DNA from: an uncultured Polyangiaceae bacterium
GTDB lineage: Bacteria; Myxococcota_A; Polyangia; Polyangiales; Polyangiaceae
DNA length: 21,819 nucleotides
NCBI GenBank assembly: GCA_964459035.1
Contig: CAYWLO010000047.1
Span: 10,182 to 32,000, forward strand
Direction: 5' to 3'
Below are positions 15,305 to 20,591 of the stretch, piece after piece. Under the pieces are notes generated by a model, which saw only the letters and a program-made list of their open reading frames with translations, was not told where the DNA came from and ran no database searches. The position numbers and the translations under genes were made by a program. Position 1 is the stretch's first letter. Every line of letters begins with the position of its first letter.

Positions 15305-15366
15305 GTCTCCAGGTTTCTGTCTGCACTATAATTTTCTCAAGGATTAGAGTGTAGAGCAGATGCACT

Positions 15367-15412
15367 GCCCAAATATTTTTCGAATAAAACTTCGAGAAAA
15401 TTTGGGCTTTTT
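15367..15412 (+). terminator. Intrinsic terminator downstream of the 14846-15304 ORF
   Basis: GCCCAAAT (15367-15374) pairs with ATTTGGGC (15400-15407). The intervening AT-rich arms (atttttcgaa / ttcgagaaaa) partly extend the stem. TTTTT follows at 15408-15412. Confidence 0.55.
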
Positions 15413-15430
15413 CTGCTTTAAAGAGAAAAT

Positions 15431-15480
15431 TCAACAATTTGAGTCAACTTTTTTGGGGTCTGGTCTTTAGCAAGTTGACA
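15431..15480. promoter_or_regulatory. Cluster of GTCAAC/GTTGAC half-sites (inverted repeat) upstream of the XRE gene; candidate operator
   Basis: GTCAACTT (15443-15450) and AAGTTGAC (15472-15479) form a perfect 8-bp inverted repeat 21 nt apart. TTGAgTCAA (15439-15447) is itself a palindrome. There is an extra TCAAC at 15431. TTGACA (15475-15480) could act as a -35 element, but I see no good -10. Confidence 0.3.
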
Positions 15481-15539
15481 AGCTGCCGTTATTGCTTCGG
15501 GGACATCGTGTCCTCGAAACCATAGAAGGAGCCAACACC

Positions 15540-15821
15540 ATGGGCGAAGCAGCAGAAGACCGATCATTCATTCTTAACTCAGAAGCACTACTCCCCCCTC
15601 AGCCATTGAAGCGCATGACCCTGCGTGAAGTACGTAAAGAACTGGGTAGGACCCAGGTGCAGGTAGCCAAAGAGGCAGGCATGTCCCAAGGAGACCTCAG
15701 TCGCTTGGAGCGCCGAAGCGATCACCTACTCTCCACTCTGGAGCGCTACGCCGAGGCATTGGGAGGGCGGCTTGATATAGCCATGGTACGCGGTACCCGT
15801 CGCTATCCCCTAGAGTTCTAA
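15540..15821 (+). CDS. XRE-family helix-turn-helix transcriptional regulator (93 aa)
   Basis: The ATG at 15540 is preceded by GAAGGAG (15525-15531) with an 8-nt spacer, which is better than the track's TTG at 15492. LREVRKELGRTQVQVAKEAGMSQGDLSRLERRSD is the HTH_3/XRE signature. Confidence 0.8.
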   Translation: MGEAAEDRSFILNSEALLPPQPLKRMTLREVRKELGRTQVQVAKEAGMSQGDLSRLERRSDHLLSTLERYAEALGGRLDIAMVRGTRRYPLEF

Positions 15822-15877
15822 AGTCTAGTTCTCAGCTCCTCCCGCACAATTTGTACAATTGTTTCCCCGCGGTGAGA

Positions 15878-15909
15878 TAAAAAGGCCCACGACACATGCC
15901 GTCCGGGCC
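15878..15909 (-). terminator. Intrinsic terminator closing the radical-SAM/DUF547/methyltransferase operon (possibly bidirectional)
   Basis: GGCCC-ac-GAC (15884-15893) pairs with GTC-c-GGGCC (15901-15909) around a 7-nt loop. On the minus strand the hairpin is followed by TTTTTAT (complement of 15877-15883), 26 nt after the stop at 15935. Confidence 0.6.
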
Positions 15910-15934
15910 TTCAGCGTTTTGTACTAAGTGAATT

Positions 15935-16756
15935 CTACTTTTTAGCCACGAAAGTGGCGTAACCTAGACCCTTCGCCAAAACAAATTCTCGGGCTGCCCC
16001 TAAGGTCTCTTTCATTTCGAGCAGGTCCAGGCCCTCGACGAACTCTGAAGAGTCCATCTCTGCAACTTTTGAAAGACGAGACTCAATCTGGGCTATTAGT
16101 AAAACGAGGGAATCACTCTCATCTCGATAATGAATATTGTCGAAGCCACCCTCACGAAGAACATCGTGATAGCCCTCTACAGAAAGAGCACCCGAGATAC
16201 ACAATACCTGCCCCACAATGCCCTGTAGCTCGTCGGGTAGTGGACGGTTGAGCACCACATCCGAGAGAGCTAATATTCCGCGATTATCTAATATACGGTG
16301 CACCTCCTTTACGGCTTGAATCCGTTGAGGAAAAGTACAAAGAGCGCACTCACAAAACGCGATATTAAAAGCACCATCCGAAAAAGGCAAATACCCGGCG
16401 TCCCCCTGAACAAACGAGACCCGATGGTCCATATTTTGCTCTTGAGCCCGCGCATTCGCTTTTTGCACCTGGTCTTCCGAATAGTCCAGCCCCACAACTT
16501 GGGATCCATACTTTTTAAGAAGATGAAGCGCAGTATCACCCCGACCACTGGCGATATCGCAAACCTTATCCCTTGGTCCCAATGCCACCGCTCGGGCCAG
16601 TTTATCCGTAAGCTCTAACCCGCCGGGATGATAACTACTGCCCAAGAGCAATCTGGTGAGCGGTAATTCATAGAATCCGGAGCAGCAAGATGTCACACAC
16701 GTCGCTTCTGTGAGAACTTTTGTCACTCTTTTTCCTTCGTCTTGTTTAGTGCCCAA
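15935..16756 (-). CDS. Class I SAM-dependent methyltransferase with an ArsM-like cysteine pattern
   Basis: SAM motif I VCDIASGRGDTA, post-I VVGLDYSEDQV, motif II GAFNIAFCE. N-terminal SCCSGFYE...LLGSSYHPGG, then FCECALCTF and VLCISGALSVEGYHDVLREGGF. The start is either TTG at 16756, or GTG at 16726, which overlaps the DUF547 stop as GTGA and has GAAGGA upstream. Confidence 0.8.
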   Translation of the reverse strand: MGTKQDEGKRVTKVLTEATCVTSCCSGFYELPLTRLLLGSSYHPGGLELTDKLARAVALGPRDKVCDIASGRGDTALHLLKKYGSQVVGLDYSEDQVQKANARAQEQNMDHRVSFVQGDAGYLPFSDGAFNIAFCECALCTFPQRIQAVKEVHRILDNRGILALSDVVLNRPLPDELQGIVGQVLCISGALSVEGYHDVLREGGFDNIHYRDESDSLVLLIAQIESRLSKVAEMDSSEFVEGLDLLEMKETLGAAREFVLAKGLGYATFVAKK

Positions 16757-17616
16757 TCGTATTCATTCATTTCCACGGTGTAATCCCTTGCCCTCTCCAG
16801 CTCTAAAGACATCTCGCCGGTGGCAACCAGCTTCAGGTAGTCAACAATACCTCGACCTGTGCTCTGTCCTTGACGCCTCAATTCGTTGAGAAAGTCCTCC
16901 TTGTACCAAGAGAAAATCTTTGAAACCTTCAAGATCTTTTTTTGGTGATCGAAGGTCACATTCTTTTTATCGCCTACAAAATCCGCTGCTGCCGCCGCTA
17001 AGTACGGCTCAAGTTCCTCCCCCGTAGGCAGGCGCGGTCGCATAATTGGACATCCTCCACTCCCGCAGTTGAGAACAAAGTGCACGCGTGGGTCCTGGGT
17101 TCTCGCCAGTATCTTCTGGTGCTCTAACTCGTAGAGCGAAAGGACTTCGCCTCCCAAGGTGAACTTCAACTTGTAGAAGAAGCCAAGTCCCTGGACGACT
17201 TCAATCGGAGCCTTCACATCGGTAACACTCTCAATCGGCCAACGATCCAAAATTGCGTCAATCACAAGCGCGTTGTAGGCGTACATCCAGTAGGCGGTTT
17301 GGGCGCTAGCATTGGCAAAACGTTGCGGTGCGTTGTCAGGGCTCAACGCGGCCACCGCCCCGAGGTAGCGCTTCAACTTGCGGCGATCTTTGGGCGTGTC
17401 ATGCCAGCGCTGATAATTGACCAGCCCCTCTTCGACGTACTCAAGCAATAGTTCCTCAAAAGAGGTATGACTGAATCCATCATTCGGAAAATTGACCGGC
17501 AACTCATGAGAATAACGAGATACGTCAGGTCGAACGACATAATACACCACCCCTAAGAGAAGCATTAGAACGAATGCGCCTATTGCCAACATTATTCTCT
17601 TTCTTTTCTTTCGCAT
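16723..17616 (-). CDS. Membrane-anchored DUF547 (PF04784-like) protein
   Basis: N-terminus MRKKRKRIMLAIGAFVLMLLLGVVYYVV is a basic stretch plus one TM helix. AYWMYAYNALVIDAIL and VHFVLNCGSGGCPIM match the DUF547 hallmarks as I recall them (aFWIN.YNa..i, hfaLnC.s.sCP.l). The ATG is 6 nt after the radical SAM stop. Confidence 0.7.
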   Translation of the reverse strand: MRKKRKRIMLAIGAFVLMLLLGVVYYVVRPDVSRYSHELPVNFPNDGFSHTSFEELLLEYVEEGLVNYQRWHDTPKDRRKLKRYLGAVAALSPDNAPQRFANASAQTAYWMYAYNALVIDAILDRWPIESVTDVKAPIEVVQGLGFFYKLKFTLGGEVLSLYELEHQKILARTQDPRVHFVLNCGSGGCPIMRPRLPTGEELEPYLAAAAADFVGDKKNVTFDHQKKILKVSKIFSWYKEDFLNELRRQGQSTGRGIVDYLKLVATGEMSLELERARDYTVEMNEYDWALNKTKEKE

Positions 17617-17622
17617 ATCGAC

Positions 17623-19122
17623 TCAATCGACCAATGCCGTACTCGACTTTTTTTCGCCTCGCCCCAACTGAACGAGAGGTAGTGGTCCTGCCTTCTTTCC
17701 TGGCACGCGCTCAGCTCGTAAAGGTTTGAGCACTCGTTCTTCTAGGTCATCTCGATAAAGCATATTGTATGTATCGAAAGGTATGACCCTCTCCCCATCG
17801 GGGTGTAAAATGTGAACGCATGTTTTTCGAATTGAGCGCAGATCAAACGAGTATGCGTCGATAAATTGTATGATGAGTACCCGAAAAACATCTTCCTTTT
17901 TTAACTTTTCTCCGGCGCCGTGATTTGCCACAGATGAAAGTTCCTCGAGGGCAGACGCCTGCCCCACCGAAGAGTGCCGCGTTGAGAATAGATCAAAGAA
18001 TTTCTCTCGCAGGCCAGTTTCAGCTTCGTAGCTAATGGTATTGCGGGCAGCTTCCATCAACATCTTCGGTTCGATGAACCCTGTAAGGGGCAATAGCTTT
18101 CCCTTCTTCTTGAGGGCGTAGGCCATCGAGACCGAGTCCGCGTGGCAAGGAACTGGTATAATATCTTCTGGGCTGAAAGTATCACTTTGCCTGAGAATAT
18201 TACGCCGTACCTCAGTCAACGTCAGTCGATCTCGTCCAGGATCGAAACCGTTTTCGTACCCCTCTAGACGTCCAGCGGCCTGCACAGGCTGAAAGGTAAC
18301 ACCACGAACGCAGGGCTGCTTTTGTGCGTACTCGATAATCGCCCCCAACTCGCCATCGTTTACCCCCCGTTTTACAGTGACGACCAAGGTCGTAGAAATT
18401 CCGAGCGAATTCAGTTTGTCCAACGCCTTTTCGCGAATCGCGCGTAAATCTGCCCCTCGTAAATCCATCAAGGCTGAGCGCTTAAAAGAGTCAAACTGCA
18501 AATAGACCTCAAAGTCGTCCTCGTATTCTTTGAGACGTTCGGCAAATCCTTTCTCGTTGGCGATGCGCAGCCCATTGGTGTTGAGCATCATGTGTTTGAT
18601 GGGACGGGCCCTCACCATGTCAAGAATCTCAAAGAACTGGGGATGTAGCGTTGGCTCCCCGCCGGAAACTTGCAAAATTTCAACCGTCCCCTCGTTGGCC
18701 ACCGCCAAATCGAGCATTTTTTCGATTTGCGCTAGGGAGCGATGAGTTTTTCTCTCGGGGGCGCTTTCCGCGTAGCAAGTGGGGCAGCGCAGATTGCAGC
18801 TATCTGTAACCTCCAACAGCAAGTTGCAACCATGCTGTTCGTGATCGGGACAAATACCACAATCGTAAGGGCACCCGTAGTGGGAAAGCGTATTGTACTG
18901 GCGTACCTGCTCGGGCTCCTTGACGTAGACTTCGCGGCACAGCTTATAGTAGTCAATGTCGTCCGCTATCAAGACACGTTCGGCGCCGTGCTCTGAGCAG
19001 CGCTTGAGCATCCAGACGCACCCCTCTTGAAACACTATCTTTGCATCAACGCGCCTCAAGCACGTCGAGCAAATAGAGACTGCAATATCGTAGAATTGGT
19101 AGGGGCGTACCGGAGCGTTCAT
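17623..19122 (-). CDS. Radical SAM enzyme with an N-terminal rubredoxin/zinc-ribbon-like motif and an extra Cys cluster (MJ0619/Tes-like layout), 499 aa
   Basis: CNLRCPTC (CX3CX2C, nt 18775-18798, checked against the DNA), followed by a GGEP-type motif (QVSGGEPTLHP). Upstream, YGCPYDCGICPDHEQHGC gives four more Cys. The N-terminus is CSTC...C......CSEHG. There is no Cys-rich SPASM-type C-terminus. Confidence 0.85.
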   Translation of the reverse strand: MNAPVRPYQFYDIAVSICSTCLRRVDAKIVFQEGCVWMLKRCSEHGAERVLIADDIDYYKLCREVYVKEPEQVRQYNTLSHYGCPYDCGICPDHEQHGCNLLLEVTDSCNLRCPTCYAESAPERKTHRSLAQIEKMLDLAVANEGTVEILQVSGGEPTLHPQFFEILDMVRARPIKHMMLNTNGLRIANEKGFAERLKEYEDDFEVYLQFDSFKRSALMDLRGADLRAIREKALDKLNSLGISTTLVVTVKRGVNDGELGAIIEYAQKQPCVRGVTFQPVQAAGRLEGYENGFDPGRDRLTLTEVRRNILRQSDTFSPEDIIPVPCHADSVSMAYALKKKGKLLPLTGFIEPKMLMEAARNTISYEAETGLREKFFDLFSTRHSSVGQASALEELSSVANHGAGEKLKKEDVFRVLIIQFIDAYSFDLRSIRKTCVHILHPDGERVIPFDTYNMLYRDDLEERVLKPLRAERVPGKKAGPLPLVQLGRGEKKSSTALVD

Positions 19123-19209
19123 CGCTCAACAATACGCCTCCCTAGCTTTTTGGTTTCAAAGTTTGTGCGCAACGGCTCTATAAGCCCTCAGCACATAAAT
19201 TTTCTCAGC

Positions 19210-20583
19210 TCAACTACCCTCGCACTGCAGGGAAATATCCACAGAAGCTCCGGTGCCGCGAGTATCGCAAGTTGCCGGACATAGATGAACAATTGGATCT
19301 GAGCCTGAAAAATCGACCCAATACTCTTGCGCACTGGTGCAATCGTTTTCAGCAGTAACCCGTGCAAGGGGCAACTGAGTGGCGCCGTTATTAGGGGTAA
19401 ATAGCACTTCTAGAGAGCTAATATTGGCAAGGCCAACGTCTGATTTTGGTAGCACGTACTCGCAACCCAACACGGCACCACGAATATCCCCAAGAGCCAG
19501 CTGAAAAGCAGCGGGATCGCCATTGCCCACAGAATAATAACTGCAAAGGGGATTCGTATCGTCGGCTAGACAGTTAGCGTGAGGGGTTGCCCCGGCGCCC
19601 GCTGCAAGAGTCTCCAAACGGTCACTGTTTACCCCATCCATCCCGATAATAAACGTGGGCACGCCGTTGTTCGTCAGATTGTCTTTGAGGAGCCCATTGA
19701 GTTCGGTAAAATGCTCAATAACATTCTGCACAACATCCTCGTCGGGATCATTATTTAGTTTACGACATGTAGATGAGGGGTCACCGTCCGTAATCAAGAT
19801 GGCAACGGTTTTCCTTGTTCCCGTCGGCATATGGCTCCCGGTCTCAGCAATCAAAGTATCAACTGCTCCCTCCGTGTTGGTGCCACTACGCGGGTCGTCA
19901 TCATTCATCGCGGTGCGAACCGCTGCCAGCTGGACGCCGCTTTGCTGCAAAATTCCAAAGGGTACGTCCATAGAAAATGCGTCGCAAGAGCCACTGTGAA
20001 ACTCTCCGTAGGACACGCCGGTCTCCAACTGCGCAGGGTCATCGAAAAAACCATAGAGTGAATTGATAGAATTACACCAACGCGACCCCACGTTCGCCTC
20101 GCCTATGTCGCAGTATCCGCCACTGTCGTTGTTTCCTGTATTATTTCCATCAACCACGGCCCCCTTGGTCATCGATCCCGATTTGTCCAATATGACAAAC
20201 ATGTCCAGAAACACTTCTCGGGATTCTATTTTAAGGTCGGTGCAAGTCGTGGGGCTAGCATCATTAGTTGGATCGTAGGAGAATGTAATATCCGTCGGAA
20301 GTGTTCGAGTTCCTCCTGCACCGGAGCTAGCTCCGCTTCCTTGTGCGCCCGTTGCGGAACTCGCACCTTCACCAGAGCCCGCCGCTGCCCCCATGGAACC
20401 CGAGCTGGCTCCCTGCCCCGACGTTCCTCCGGATGCGTCGTTTACCCCTTTGCCATCGGCTCCACCCATTGCGCCGCCCTCGTCGCCCAAAGAACTTGAG
20501 CAGGCATTGAGAAGTAGCAAAGAGCAAATGGTCAGCCCGGAAACTACGGTAAGAGTGGGTGTTCTTCTATTCAAGTTCATCAT
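19210..20583 (-). CDS. VWA-domain lipoprotein with a Gly/Ser/Ala linker and a Cys-rich C-terminal domain (paralog 1)
   Basis: Signal peptide with lipobox-like LLLLNAC. Roughly 70 aa of G/S/A-rich linker. MIDAS elements FVILDKSGSM, GTNTEGA, ILITDGDPS. C-terminus CEYVLP...LFTP...C...YW...HLCPATCD...SLQC. AAGGA lies 4 nt before the ATG and overlaps the upstream stop region. Confidence 0.8.
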   Translation of the reverse strand: MMNLNRRTPTLTVVSGLTICSLLLLNACSSSLGDEGGAMGGADGKGVNDASGGTSGQGASSGSMGAAAGSGEGASSATGAQGSGASSGAGGTRTLPTDITFSYDPTNDASPTTCTDLKIESREVFLDMFVILDKSGSMTKGAVVDGNNTGNNDSGGYCDIGEANVGSRWCNSINSLYGFFDDPAQLETGVSYGEFHSGSCDAFSMDVPFGILQQSGVQLAAVRTAMNDDDPRSGTNTEGAVDTLIAETGSHMPTGTRKTVAILITDGDPSSTCRKLNNDPDEDVVQNVIEHFTELNGLLKDNLTNNGVPTFIIGMDGVNSDRLETLAAGAGATPHANCLADDTNPLCSYYSVGNGDPAAFQLALGDIRGAVLGCEYVLPKSDVGLANISSLEVLFTPNNGATQLPLARVTAENDCTSAQEYWVDFSGSDPIVHLCPATCDTRGTGASVDISLQCEGS

Positions 20584-20591
20584 AAGTCCTT

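Noticed and set aside
15327-15332. A perfect TATAAT hexamer downstream of the 14846-15304 ORF could be the XRE promoter -10.
   Set aside because: There is no acceptable -35 at 16-18 nt. It also lies upstream of the 15367-15412 terminator, so a transcript from it would mostly terminate before the XRE gene.
14846-15821. The unknown 152-aa ORF plus the XRE regulator could be a toxin-antitoxin pair.
   Set aside because: The genes are separated by 235 nt containing a good terminator. The XRE gene has its own SD. The 152-aa protein shows no toxin-like motif.
15935-19122. Annotating the locus outright as an arsenic (ars) organoarsenical biosynthesis operon.
   Set aside because: Only the methyltransferase Cys pattern points to arsenic. 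The rSAM does not resemble ArsS as I recall it (a shorter protein with a Cys-rich C-terminus). No arsR/arsC/acr3/arsQ genes are present. I kept this as one hypothesis inside a finding, not as a call.
17623-19209. The radical SAM enzyme could be a RiPP maturase with a nearby precursor peptide.
   Set aside because: There is no SPASM/twitch Cys-rich C-terminal domain. There is no small ORF with a plausible leader/core in the 87-nt upstream gap or between the operon genes.
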